DNA of 64,000 nucleotides from Mobula hypostoma (GCF_963921235.1 NC_086097.1:234982001-235046000); one strand, 5' to 3'; counted from the first letter of the stretch, positions 40,815 through 54,445 are shown. Notes: a model not told the origin generated them from the sequence alone. Numbers and translations are program-made.

Positions 40815-41676
40815 TGTCACGTGACCGGCAACAATGAATGTAGAAATGATTCAGGTTTTATAAACAAATAAACATTTATTAAACTCTGCTCAAAATTAGT
40901 AAAAAGAAACAAACTAAAACTATAACCGGAAGAAAACTGCTATGCGGCCATATAACAAACTGCCACTCAGTACTAGTTCTTAAAGTGTTAAATGCAAAAA
41001 CAGTCTTGAAGTGGTAAGTTCAAACACAGTTCTTAGAATGGTAAATTTGAAAGTCCAAGAGATTTATACAGTCAATTAGGAGAGACCTTCCTGAAGTAAA
41101 GAATTCCTCGAAGACACAACGTCACGGCCAATCCCAGCCGGATCCTGCCTTGTCTGCAGGATTCACGACGACGGAAGTAAAACGGTTTAAAGGCACTGAC
41201 CTTTCCTTTCGGATACTAGATACTGCACAGCCTTTCCTGCTGCTTTTAGCCGAGGCTATCTCATGCAGATCACTCTTTCTTGAACGAATTCAATAATGGT
41301 CGATCCTATCCAAAACCGCCGAACTCCTTCAGGTTCCCGTCTTCACTCTCCAATACTACTGAAAAGATACATCAACAAACCTAGCAGCAATTGGTTAAAC
41401 TGCCGGCCCAACACTTTTGTACCTTACAATAGAATGTAAAACTCCATTTTAAAATAAAAACTGCGTCATAAGGCAAATATGCAGTGGAGCGGAGTATCTG
41501 CCTAATGTTCTAACTTGAGAACTAACTGCATCACCCCAGGGGTCTCCTTTTATACCTGTGGTGAACATGTCATCACGTGACCTCACATCGGTGGGAAAAT
41601 TACATCAGGTGACCTCCAAAAGACCATTACATCATGGTCATAAAACAGTCACAAGATATCCATGAGGTATGTAACA
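40815..41676. mobile_element. Solo LTR (862 bp)
   Basis: TGTCAC...GTAACA termini, TSD CAAC. Confidence 0.85.
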
Positions 41677-42649
41677 CAACAAACTGCAAATACAAAAGAA
41701 GAAATAATAATAATAATAAATAAGCAATAAATATCAAGAACATAAGATGAAAAGTCCTTGAAAGAGTGTCCATTGCTTGTGGGAAGACTTCAATGATGGA
41801 ACAAGTGAAGTTGAGTGAAGTTATCCCCTGTGCTTCAAGTGCCTGATTGCTGAGGGGTAATAACCATTCTTGAACCTGATGGTATGAGTCCAGAGGCTCT
41901 TGTACCATCCTCCTGATGGCAGCAGCAAGAAGAGAGCATGTCCTGGGTGGTGGGGTCCATAATGATGTTATGTTTTGATGTTTCAATGCTCATATGATAA
42001 ATAAATCTAATCTTTAAAACCATTCAATGTGTTTGGTTACTGCATCCTCAATTGAAGAGCTTCAAAAGTTTCATTGTAACAGATAGTAATTTTTAGTTTC
42101 TTGCTCTTTTCCTCGAATATTAGGGAGGCATCTTCATACTGATAAAGGTCTTGATAGCAATGGATAAGGCATTTGTTATTTCCTCACTTGTGATATTTAA
42201 TGCTGGGTTGAAAGACATGTAAGTTGGAGGACATGTTACATTCTTACGTTTGCTCCAGTGAGTTCTTTGATGTTTTATTTGTTTCTCGGGGAAGTCAGGT
42301 ATGCATATTGCATATTATTCTCTTCCTCTACTGTAAAAACTGATGCATAAATCTTTAAGGCTTCCCCAGAATGCAAGCTGTGAGGATCCTTTCTGATTCT
42401 CTGCATCAGGACTTGTGTTCCATCTTACTCGCCATGGATCTTCTACCTCTGTGTATGGTCATTGTAGACCTGCACAGAGATACCGAAACTCTTCAAGGAC
42501 ATTGGCGATAATCTTCTAAAAACTTCTCTTGCATGCCACAGTAATTTTGAGTAGAGGTTATCACTGATAAATGAATTAGTAATAATTGTTAATGTTTTTA
42601 AGGAAAAACTATGAGTGTCATTGCTTTTTTTATGTCTTCATTGTTTTAA

Positions 42650-44190
42650 CCATGAGATCATAAGATATAGGGGGATAATTAGACCATCTGGCCTATAGTG
42701 TCTGCTCTGTCATTTCATCATGGCTAATCTATTTTCCCTCTCAGCCCCATTCTCCTGTCTTTTCACCATATACCTTCATGCCCTGACCAATCAAGAATCT
42801 ATCAACCTTAAATATACATAAAACTTAGCCTCCACAGCCACCTGTTGCAAAGAATTCCACAGGTTCACCACTCTCAGGTTAAAGAAATTTCCTCTCACCT
42901 CTGTCATAAAAGGACACCCTTCTATTCTGAGGCACTGTCCTCTGGTCCTAGACTGTCCCACCATTGGAAACATCCTCTCCATATCCATTCTATCAAGGCC
43001 TTTCACCATTTCATGTGGGTCAGCCCACATTCTTCTGAATTCTAAAGAATACAGGCCCAGAGCTATCAAACAGTCCTCATATGACAAACTCGAAATCATT
43101 TTTGTGAACCTCCTTTAAACCCTCTCCAATGTCAGCACATCCTTTCCTAGCTAAGTGATCCAAACCTGCTCACAATACTCCAAGTGAGGCCTCACCAGTG
43201 CTTTATAAAGCCTCAACATTACATTCTTGCTTTTACATTCTAGTCCTCTTGAAATGAGTGCTAACATTGCATTTGCCTCCCTCACCACAGACTCAACCTG
43301 CAAATTAACCTTTAGGGAAACTTGGACAAAGACTCTCTAGTCCATTTGTGACTCAGATTTGCATTTTCTCTCCATTCAGAAAGTAGTCTACCCTTTCATT
43401 TCTTCTACCAAAGTGTATGACCATACACTTCCCAACACAGTATTCCATCTGCAACTTCCTTGCCCATTCTCCTGATCTGTCTAATTCCTTCTGTTGCTCC
43501 TCTACTTCCTTAAAGCTACCTGCCCTTCCATCTATTGTCATACTGGCTGCAGACTTGCAACAAATCTATCAATTCCATCATCCAAGACATTGATATATAA
43601 CTTAAAAAGAATTGGTCCCAACATAGACCCCTGTGGAACACAGCCATTCACCAGCACCCCAATAGAAAAGTATCCCTCTGTTCCCACACTTTGCCTCCTG
43701 TCAATCAGCCACTGCTGCATCCATGCTAGTGTGGTGATCCACTTTCCAGCACACTCGAACTAGCTCACAAAATGGCGTGCGCCGGCAAAGAGGCCGGCCC
43801 CAAAAAGGGTGCCATGCCATCTTCACCAGCAGGGGGAAAAGCCCGCGCGCGGGAAGGGTCTGTGAATATGCATTCCTCACAGCAGTCCCGCCTGGGGAGG
43901 GCGGGAACGGGAAGGCTTTAAAGGAGGCCGCGAAATTTGAATAAACCTCTTTTTTCGCAACTACAACTCACCGACTATGTGTCGTTATTCTAGCGCTGTG
44001 TGTAGCTCACTGCTGCACTAGTATGTTTCCTGTAATACCATGGGCTCTTAAGTTGTTAAGCAGCCTCATGTGTGGCACCTTGTCAAAGGCCTTCTGAAAA
44101 TCCAAGTATACAACAGCCACCAATTCTTCTTTCTCTATCCTGCTTGCTATTTCTTTAAAGAATTCCAACAGGTTTAACAGTCAAGATCTT
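42650..44190 (-). mobile_element. CR1 LINE RT/3' region, degraded
   Basis: CVPQGSMLGPILFKLYIN; LGLYSLEFRRM; NFFNLRVVNLWNSL. Confidence 0.85.
43730..44017 (+). mobile_element. Short GC-rich solo LTR (288 bp)
   Basis: TGTGG...TGCA termini, TSD CTAG, internal AATAAA; the CR1 is contiguous across it. Confidence 0.8.
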
Positions 44191-44730
44191 CATTTCACAA
44201 AATAACTTGAAATAAATGAAGCATTTTAGAAACCTGGTCAAAAATTATTAGCATTAATTGTTTAAAAAGGCAATAGAAAAATAAATATTCATGAAGGTGC
44301 TAAACTACATTTAGTATTTACCATTATTACTGTATGTCCATTGTTTACTCACAAACAACTGAAAAGAATATGTAAGCAGAGCAAAGCCTTTACTAACAGG
44401 CCCAAATGTTCATTATCCAAATACTGATTGGTACATCAATCTGTGAGGATTTGAAAACATATCTTTCAACATCACATGTTCTCTCAACCAAATACCAGGA
44501 TGAGACTTTTCCTGTAAAAAAAAACCATTGCTCTTCAGTACTGTAAAAAAGGTTGCTGCTTCATTGGGTAAAAATGATAATTTTCTATCTTTTTATTATG
44601 GGTGTGGTCAAAAGAATTGAGAGGTGGCACTGATTGTGGCATACCAACAAAGTTTATGCATGTGCCTTCTTGGGCATGCATGCCATAGGTTTGCCACTTC
44701 AATTAAAGCTTACAGCCGGTGCCCAGATTA

Positions 44731-45675
44731 CTCTGGATAACAAAGATTTTGCTTCCGGAATACTCTTGGGTGTATCATGGACTTTGGGCTGCTGATCATG
44801 AAAACACCATGAAATTTCCCTATCACGCACCATTTATTTGAACTCATCTATTTGTTATTTCAATTAGTAATTCATCAATTACAATAGTGGCCACTATGTA
44901 AGCAGAAAAGTTTTCTATCTTGTCCAGGCATACTTGGGCACAGCGGACGCTGCATAGCAGGACAGGTTTTTAGAAAGGCTATAAATTTTGATGAAAGATT
45001 TCAGTATTTGAGACAGATATTTCCCATAACTGATGTGAAGATCAAGGAAGGCATTTACCTTAGTCCACAAATCAAACAGGTCATCAATGACAGTTGATTC
45101 AAAGAACTTCTAATGGGACTGGAGAAAATCGCATGGAAGGCATTTTCAGGATGTTTTCTTGAATGGACTGAAAATTTTCTTGGCAACAACACAGCACTAA
45201 TCTATGTGTAGCTGGTTGACAAGATGCCTCATGCATACAAAACCATGAAGTGCAACATGTCACCAAAAATTCATTTTCTGCATTCTTATTTAGACTTCTT
45301 CCCTGCAAATCCTGGCAGTGACAAACATGATGAAAGGTCTCACAAGGGAATTGCAGTCATGGAGAAACAATATCAGTGCAAGTGGAATCCATCAATCCTG
45401 GGTGATTACTGTCGGACACTTGCAAGAAGTCTCAGACGCTGAGTACAAATGAAAATCATTAACGAAACATTTTAGCTTAGTTGAACTATTGCAAAGTGTC
45501 AGCACTGTTAAGCAATTCAATGCATTATACTTAACAATTTAATTTCTTGCTTCTCCAAATTCCTACGTGATACAACTAGTCTGAAATCATATTTGTGTTC
45601 AGCTTCAAGCTGTTTATCGCAAACAAATAAAAACTCTGAGGAAGCAACAGTTTTGAAAAGACTTGTTGTCCAGTG
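44731..45675 (+). mobile_element. Chapaev3-like (CMC) DNA transposon, internally deleted, both ends present
   Basis: CTCTGGATAACAA...TTGTTGTCCAGTG inverted ends, flanks TTA/TTG; KIHFLHSYLDFFPAN..MEKQYQCKWNPSILGDYC. Confidence 0.65.
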
Positions 45676-47749
45676 TTGCCCCCCCCCCCCCCGGGGCTTT
45701 CATTATCCCACTACTTTCCGAATAAATGACTAGATAACCTCCCAGCTGCTCCAGCCGTGGGATATCATTCTGTCTTTTTATCCTTCTACCAGGGACATCT
45801 GTACAGTGTTCTAGCTCTGCAGATGTCCAGTCCCGAGGAAATACACAGCTAGTGAATTGCAGAATTGACACTGTTTGCAGACAACGAACAGCACGGTTAG
45901 CAGACTGCACAGTGCTTTGTCTGTCATTTACACTCTACAAATCTCTTCCAATGACGTATTATCAGTCAATCACCTGTTATCTAATTCATGTTAGTTCAAT
46001 TACTTCTCCGAGGATGATTGCCTTCTCATGGTGGAAAGGCTTGTGAGTTCCTAAGACCCTGAGAGTGATGCAGTCTGGGGTTCAGCTCCCAGTAGGGTCA
46101 CCCGTGGTCAAGGGGAGGATCCAGTTAAAGAGCAATCCAACCAGGACCTCAACAGTGTGGCTGTGGAAAATAGTGACACCTCACTACAGCAGTAAAGGCA
46201 AAGGAAGCCTGCAACAGTGAAGGGTCCCCAGTCATCTTGTACTGCATGCCACTGTTCCCTGACTCTGAACAGTCAAGGACCGTGCATCAGCCTCCTCAGG
46301 TTAAACTAAATTACACACAAGCATTCTCTGTTGAGAGAATAATCCCTCAAGATAACATCATACTCAGCACATTTGACAGCACTACTACTTCTATTAGCAT
46401 TTCCCATTTCCTTTTACTGCTAATCTTGATATCACTTGCATGTTTCTATTTTACTTCTGTTTGCAGTCATTACCACTGGTCCATTAATGTCATGGAGGAA
46501 AACGTCTGCCTATGCTACGAATGCGATGTTAGGCACTCGTCCACTGGACTGGGGGTGGAGGAGGGTGCTGCAGATGGGATTGGAGGTGAGGAATAGGTGG
46601 GATATGAAATGTCGGCCCACACACTTCATATCAATAAGGCAGGGTGTTGAGACTGGAGGCAAGGGTTGGACTGATTCTGCTCGAACTTCAGCAATGTTTC
46701 TGCCCCTTTCTGCATTGCTGAGGCCGTGAGACTGCTTCGACCACACCACGTTTTGTGTCTGTGACTGATTTGCCCTGCTGTATAATGAACAGAGTCTGAG
46801 GTTACGAGCCTATTCTGGCTACTTTGTCCTCCGGGTCTATGGGCTAACTTTGGTTCTGAATGCTCTTGCTTGCTTTTATTGTTTGCATGATTTGTGTTTT
46901 GTTCCCATCTCTTTACACATTGGGTGTTGGTCTTTTTTAAAATTGGGTTCTTTTGGGTTTCCTGCCTTGTGGCTGCCTGTAAGTCAATGGAGCTCAGCGT
47001 TGAATAATATATAACTACTTTGATAAGAAATTTACTTTGAAACCTACTGTATGCCTGGACAAGCAAGAAATGAGGCTGGTGAGGAGCTTTGGGCTTCAGG
47101 ATGTGAAGAAATGGCTGGAATAGAGTGTGTGATCTTGAGAGTGCTAGGGCAGGTAAGATGCTGATGTAGAGAGCAGAGATTGTGTGCCACAGAAAACATC
47201 CACTAATGTAAACATGTTGTCTATCATTCAACATAGCTGAAGCAGAGCAAAGTAATTGATCATTGCCATCTGAAATGACCCAACAAGATATTGAATGTCA
47301 AGTAGATCACCAACTATGATCTTCCCAGAAATGAGTGGGATGGACAACAAATCTTAGATTTTTCTGCAAGCTTTATACCCCAAAAATGATGACTAAAACA
47401 ATAACATAAACACAAGGAAGTCTGCGGATGGTGGAAATCCAAAGCAATACACATAAAATGCTGGAGGAAGTCCACAGGTCAGGCAGCGTCTATGGAAAGG
47501 AATAAATGGTCAACGTTTTGGGCCGTGACCCTTCTTCAGCAAATTGCCTTCTTGATCATGTGCTTATGTCACTATCATTCAATCTCCTCACAGCACTTTC
47601 CTCTCTTTTTAGTCAATCAACGTCATTTTAATCAATAGAACAAGTATTGATTACCCTATGTTTATTATTGCATCTCCAATCTTTCTTTCCTCTTTGCAAA
47701 ATTTGAACGTGCTGGAGGCAACCCCCCCCCCCCCAATGATACAAGGGTC

Positions 47750-48230
47750 TAGTAGAGTCATAGATTCATTGAACATTGCAACGTAGAAACAGGCCCTTCA
47801 GCCCATCTATTCTCTGCCAAGTTATTCTTCTGCCCAGTATCATTGACCTGCGCCTGGGTCATAGCCCTTTATACCACTCCCATCCATGTCCTTATCCAAA
47901 CTTCTCTTAAATGTTACAAACAAGCCCACATCCACCACTTCCACTGGCAGCTCATTGCACATGTGCACTGCCCTCTGAATGAATAGGCTCCTCCTCAGTT
48001 TTCCTTTAAATATTTTCCCTTTCACCCTTAACCAGTGACTTCTAGTTTGAGTCTCACTCATCCTCAATGGAAAAAGCATGCTTGCATTTAGCCTATCTCT
48101 ACACCTCATTATTCATATTATCTCATTCTCCTATGCTCCTGGAAATAAAGTCCTAACCTATTACACCTTTCCCTATAACGTAGGTCCTTAATTCCCAGCA
48201 AAATTCCTTGCAAATTTCATCTGTGCATGC
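47750..48230 (-). mobile_element. CR1 3' fragment
   Basis: ORF 47840-48109 TRSHWLRVKG..FIQRAV..NELPVEVV. Confidence 0.75.
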
Positions 48231-50659
48231 ATGAATCCCTCGGGCTTCCGTTCATGCTCCGTTATTTATAGAATTTAATGTTGATTACCTAAATCTCTTT
48301 CAGTTCTTCTTGACCTATATACAGCCATTAGCATGTTCAATCACACCATCCTCAATAGAGCATATCCATCATTATCATCTCACCAGATGTAAACACGAAT
48401 ACTTCTTTCCAATCTTTAATCATGACGTCAGAGCCAGAGAATCTCCTGCTTTATTATATGCATACTTCTACTTTTGTTATCTCCAAAGGAGCTTTCCTTG
48501 CTTTTATCTCTTACCCGTTAGCTGTCTCTAGGCAGTATCACCCGGAGTGTGGTATCATTTTCCACAGCTGCACTTCAACCAGCACCTTGCTTAACTCCTC
48601 CACTCTCAACATTTCTGTCAGGACTGCTTTTTCAACATTTTGGGTGGATGAGCAGATATTTTTAACATACAGTTTAGGAAAATTAATGCCTGTTAGACTC
48701 TGTATTTTCAGTCCATCAAGTCTATAGTCTTATTAATAATTGTCAAAAAATTGACAGAAACGCATGTCTTGCCAATTCAGTATTATAAGATGTCTCGAAG
48801 ACAAACATCAAACCATTTTCCATGCGGAAATTAAAAGCTTATATTTCCACTGTTGTAAATCTCTGCATGCTTCAGGTCATCAGCTCAAAACCGTCCTCTA
48901 GATCATTGTCATACAAACTCTCCTCTTGGTCATTGTCTACTCTGATATAAGGGTGGATGTCCCTTGTTTTTCTCTCCATTAACCCCCAGGTCATTCAAAC
49001 TCTCCACCTTTCCCAATTACGTCAAGTCTACTTAGATGTCACTCCTGTGCTTGTTGGAATATATCAGCTCATCATTTTGAAAAGTCTCATTCTCCTTTGC
49101 TCATTTTCACTTTGGGACACTTATCGGCGTATTGCTAGAGTCTATTAAGATTTGATGGAAATCTCCAGTAACTTGAATGGACAGATTTGGAACAAAGTGA
49201 CAGACAATTGTATCGGCAAGGTAATCGAGACACTCAATAGCTAATGGACATTAGACAGCATTTGGGAGAACTGCTGGGAAGACTGAAAATATGTGGATAA
49301 CAAAGTAGGCTTTAATGGAGCGTTTACTGCTTGGTAAAAGGTAATATGGTGAAAACTGATGAATCCTGCAAAACCTCAGTGTAAAATATTTTTGCAGTTT
49401 ACTCAATGCTATATTGTTCTAACTTTTCTTTTAACTAATACTTTCTCACTTAAGGTATGTTGAGGACTTGTTATAGAATATCTGAATACTTCTGAACAAA
49501 ATAAAAGACTTTCTAACTTCTCAGGTCCTTTGAACCTAATCTTCATTGGAGTCCCTGACACCATGCCAACCTAGTCAACAGTAACTGTGGAGTTAAAAAA
49601 TATTTTCATGTTATATTACATGGTCTTATGAATTTTATTGGTTCAACAACACACCAGAAAAATGAAAATCGTGTACACAATTCATTACCCTGAGAAAGTC
49701 ATTGTTCGGAACTTCCATATATATTAGTTTTATTGATCAAAATGACACTGTTTTCAAATAGTTAATTTAATGAGCCAAAACAAAAATGTGGTCCAGAAGA
49801 AATAATCTGGATACTTACAAAAGCAAAATATTACAAATGCTGAAAACCAAAATAAAAACATAAAATACTATAGTAAGTATTTAGCCTGTTTCTCTTGAAA
49901 GGTGTTGCCCCAGCTATTGAGTACTTCAGTCATTTAATGCTTTTGATACTTTGTATGTGGCTTTAGCACATGTTAAAGGGAAAATGGCATGCTCTTGAAT
50001 GAAGTGTCCTGTTCAAGTTATAAAATTACATTAAAACTAATTTGCTATTGTGAAAAATTATGGATGATTTTTATTTTTAGGAGCAATACATGATTGGGAT
50101 TTGAAAGAAGATTTCATGGAATCTCTGCTGAATTGACTTTTCACCACATGGAAGACAATGTAGTTCGGTAGCATGTTTATAAATAGTAGGATGAGATGGG
50201 CATGGCCAATGAAGGAGACATGACATGCTTGAATGATATTTTTCATTCCTTTCTGCTCCTGTACCAACAATAATGGTGTTCATGTATAAAGTTCATCAGC
50301 AGAGGCATTTCATTGTTTTTTACAAGAACAATATCAAACAAATATTAACCTGCAGTTGCATAAGAAAATTCTGGCGTGGAAAATCAGCATCTTCATCAAA
50401 GTTCTTGGGTCTTAAGGAAAGTCTTAGAACAAAAAACAAAGTTAGAAAGGGAAACATTTGGGGAGTATCTTCAGGATATTAGGCTCAAGTCAGCTGATGC
50501 AAGACCACCACTGAGATAAATCTGAGTGTACCCAAGAAGTCAGAATTGGAGGACGTTACAGGTGTATGGAGGGGTTGCTCCATGGAGAAACTTGTAATCA
50601 AGCTTAAGAATGTGAAATGTCTTTCCTTTCCTTAATATTGATTATTAATAATTTTCTGA

Positions 50660-50836
50660 TATATTAAGAGTAAAAGAGAGGTGAGAGTGGATATCAGACT
50701 GCTGGAAAGTGACACTGGAGAGGTAGTAATGGGGGACAAAGAAATGTTGTACAAACCCAAAAAGCAGTTTGCGTCAGTCTTCACTGTGGAAGACACCAAC
50801 AGTATGGCAGAAATTTGAGAGTGTCAGGGGGAAGAA
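50660..50836 (+). mobile_element. CR1 ORF2 fragment, the apparent integration target of the provirus
   Basis: KSKREVRVDIRLLESDTGEVVMGDKEM..FASVFTVED, homologous to 24100-24260; stops abruptly at the LTR edge. Confidence 0.8.
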
Positions 50837-51920
50837 TGTGATAACATTGGGTTTGATGACTACAACGTTCTAAATTCAAACAAAGACCTTAAGCCCTATT
50901 GGATATAAATAGCCACATGTACTTTCATAATAAAGAGATTATACTGTAACTATCCAATCTTCAAAGACTAATTTACTTCTCTGTTTATAGTGAGTTTAGC
51001 TAATACCCACTATTTCAACATTGGCTCCCTCCTCCTTACCATGGAGGAGATACCTCCAGCAGTTTAAAGCAAAGTTCCTTTATTTTCAGTGATACACATT
51101 TAAGTCCAAACAACATTTTTAAGTAACATTTAAAACTTACAATTTCTTTACAAATTACCAACCAGTTCTAAAACACAAAAAATTTCCAATCCACAAGTGC
51201 AATTTCTATAAACTAAAAACCAACCAATTATGCAGATAAATGAGTTGGCCATTGCAGAATTCAAAGCCAGAGCAATAGTTTCTAGTTCACCCCATGTTTA
51301 TTTCATGCTTCTTGATGTTCCTTGCCCCATTCCTAATTAGCCAAAAAAGTTCTTTACTTTCATGCAATTTCTTTGCCACTTGGGTAACTTAACACACATG
51401 GTATTTCCTCAGATACCCTTTTTACCCAAAGGTCTAAATACTTTTTGATGACACAAACCCCAGCTATCTACAATTATTGTTGTAAGACTAACTTTCCTAA
51501 GTTCTTAAAACTTGCAACATTAATAGGTCACTACTATGTGATTTGTTTTCATCTGGTCTGCAAGCTTCCTTGAACTAAAACAATTTTGCCAGTGTTGTCT
51601 ATTTTGAAAAAAGACAAATTAAATAATACGTTGCCTTATATTGCACCCCTTGAATATTTAGCCTTATGGTATGAGCCAGCAAGCCTGAAACTCCATTCAG
51701 AGCTTGTTTGCTAGGTTGCTGTATAAACAGTGCTTGTTTTAATTTCAGCTGATTTCTGCTTGTTATTCACATATTAAGAACAGAAGACTGGCTCCTATGT
51801 ATGACCAGAAGCTAAACAACTGTTTTCTCTTACAAGTGGCAAGGTGGCAGATGCAGAGTTTAGAAAACAAACTTCGCAAAACATGAGGCCAGCTGGTCCA
51901 GGAAGTGAATACTCATCACA
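50837..51920 (-). repeat. 3' LTR of the foamy-like provirus (1084 bp)
   Basis: Minus strand begins TGTGAT and ends ATCACA (6-bp inverted termini); preceded by purine tract AAGAGAGG; AATAAA near 51080; sharp junction with CR1. Confidence 0.7.
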
Positions 51921-51932
51921 CACCTCTCTTGC
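51921..51932 (-). promoter_or_regulatory. Polypurine tract (plus-strand primer) of the provirus
   Basis: GCAAGAGAGGTG abutting the LTR; resembles the foamy PPT AGGAGAGGG. Confidence 0.6.
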
Positions 51933-51939
51933 TAAGCGA

Positions 51940-54445
51940 ATATTTCTAACCCAGCATCTTCCTACAGTTATCAGTTTTGAGATCAAGACTCCTACAAAGA
52001 TTCCTCTTAGGAACAGGTTATCACTTCAAAAACCATTTCAGTATGTTACCAGAAGTAGAAAGTCTCTCTTTATCCTGATGCTCATTAAGTGTTTCTGTGC
52101 ATTTTCTTATTAGGCAATTCACTTCCTCAATCTCAACAACATGTATTTCCCAAACCTCAAGGGAATGTTTGCATTATAACTTTCCATAAACACGACAATG
52201 ATGCATCAATGCCCATATTTATCAGGCTTCTTCCCCATAAACAGTTCTTGTCATTTTATTGAAGCAAGTTTGAATCACTGTCAGTTCATCAGGTCAGCTG
52301 ACAACGTATTTTCATTAGTTCATCTCTTTCACAGAGATGTTTGCAATGATTTCAATGCAGTGCACAGATTTACTCAGGTTTCTTGAAAACAGGTCTTGTA
52401 AATAAGTTACTGATTGTGTATCAGTGTCTTCTTCTGCTGCAGAATGAATAATCTCACAGTTTAGTTGTAGAAAATGATATCCATCCGCTAGATATAAATA
52501 TACAATATAAAAGGTGAAACATTTACAAAACTGAGGAACAGTACAATTTTTTGTTTATGATTCTGTTGTTACGTACCCCGTAACTGGGTTGCCAAACCAG
52601 CAGAAATGGATCACTCAGTTGGAGTCTGGAGTACTAGAACTAAGAAAGTTTTATTAAAGAAACAAGCAACACAGTAATCGAAAAGATAATAAATGCAACA
52701 GTTCAGCGATGATAAACACACATGTGCACAGAATTAAGATAACAGCATCAATCAAGCTCTATCGTTGTCTAGGGGTAAATGACCAAATTTCAAAGTGACT
52801 CAAAGTTCAGTCCAGTTTAGTAGTTCAGTTCGCAGTAATCGTTGCCATGGCGATGGACAACGTGGGGGGAGAGAGAGAGAGAGAACAGGAACAACTGATC
52901 ATTCAGACACGGCTTCACTCACAGACCGGCGATATGGCTCACAAGCAGCTTTTGGGCAGGTCCTTGGTGATGTCACCTGAGGTCACCGACTGTGACCCCT
53001 CCTCCAGATGCGGTCGATCCTCTGCAGTGAACCCGGCACCCAGGCAAGGGCGGACACACACCGGGTTCCCGCTGATCGTACCTTTCCACCCTGGCCGTTG
53101 TCTGATACTTCCCACCGACTCGTGAGAGGCGTACCGCTTCCAGGGTCTCGTTACCTCGGGTGGCGTGTGTCCTGCCTTAGCGAACCTGTCCCTTTTTATC
53201 CCCCTGCTGGGGCATCGCCTGTCCACCACTTCAAACAGTTCAGGGTTCAAAGGGGGAACCGCTCCAGACAGCTCTCTCTCCCATGTCCCTTCATTACACA
53301 TCTCCAGACGCTGCTCCATTGTTCCTTATCTCTCCTTCCCCTGAGGGCAGGTGGCAGACCACTTGCTGATGTCACTGATGCTAACCCAGGCCAGCAAACA
53401 TCTTAATTTTATGTGTATTCTCGTCACACTGTCTTTTGGCTTAATTCTAGGCTCCCAGAAGAGCATGTCAGAACATAAAGGTTGGTTATGTTCCTCCCAT
53501 GAGAGTGAAAACCAATTGATATGCTGCAACTTAACTTTTTGATACCAACCAATCTGCATAGGTTTCTTCATATTTTAGTAATATTGGATTCTGAGTATAA
53601 ATGTTCGAGTCTTCCTGAAAACTTTAACTGAACAAAGGCTACTCAGTCTGTTTTGTCAGACTATGGGACTTTATCGACCAAATATATAGGGTATTTTTGT
53701 AGCATTAAGTAAAAAATAATAAAAGTATTAATAGACCTTTTGGTCCTACTCGTTGCATTGTAAGAGTACCACTCTTGCTTATACCCAAATAGTAAGTAAA
53801 ACATATACAAATAGTTCTACCTTGTGAAAATATAACGCTTATAGACTTTGGAGGCTTAGGAATACATCTCCGTTTCTGTAGAAATCACAATAAATTAAGT
53901 AAAAATATTATCAGAAGAATAGTACTCCTCAGGGGCAGCTATCTTTCTCTTCCTGGTAATTCCTTTACCATTGCATAACATAACACACAACTATAGTAAG
54001 ATAGATAGTTTTAAAGTCAAAGGTGAAAATCATAATAGTATAATGCCATCATTAGCAGTGCGTAACTCAATTACAAAGTACATTATATAAAATCTTAAGA
54101 ACCGGATCTATATAATCTATGTTAAAAAGTAAATATGTAACATCCAGAGAGGTAAGAGAACAAGAATATTTTCTGACTCCTCGTTCCATGGGATTGTATT
54201 ATTATACCAATTCTTCATAACAGACCCATCCCAATCACCCCTCAATATGAGGTAAGAAACATGCATATCCATATGCAACTTTAGTGATCAGGACCAGGAA
54301 AAAAAGAGGAGCAAGGCTAACCATGATCAGGGCAGTACCTGTTCTTCACTCTTGCAGGGTTAAGGGCGAACCAGAGGAATAGGCAAAAGGCATTTCTGAG
54401 GCAGCGTACAGCAAAGCAGGCATAGTCATACGAGAGATTACCCAT
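51940..54445 (-). pseudogene. Accessory-gene region between env and 3' LTR (two or more decayed ORFs, unassigned)
   Basis: Position equivalent to foamy tas/bet; Kozak-led 42-aa ORF 54317-54445, signal-peptide-like segment, stop-interrupted long frame ~51945-52490. Confidence 0.55.
52567..53428. mobile_element. Solo LTR (862 bp) inserted into the accessory region
   Basis: TGTTACG...CGTCACA termini, TSD CTGT, CpG-rich. Confidence 0.88.

Noticed and set aside
42050..42600. Possible coding fossil
   Set aside because: Contains a CR1-like ASVFTVEE remnant; best explained as highly decayed LINE.
46626..47234. 202-aa minus-strand ORF
   Set aside because: It crosses the boundary between a LINE-tail repeat and unique DNA and has no recognisable domain; likely chance.
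52795..53428. Several overlapping ORFs as viral accessory genes
   Set aside because: They lie inside an unrelated GC-rich solo LTR bounded by a CTGT TSD.
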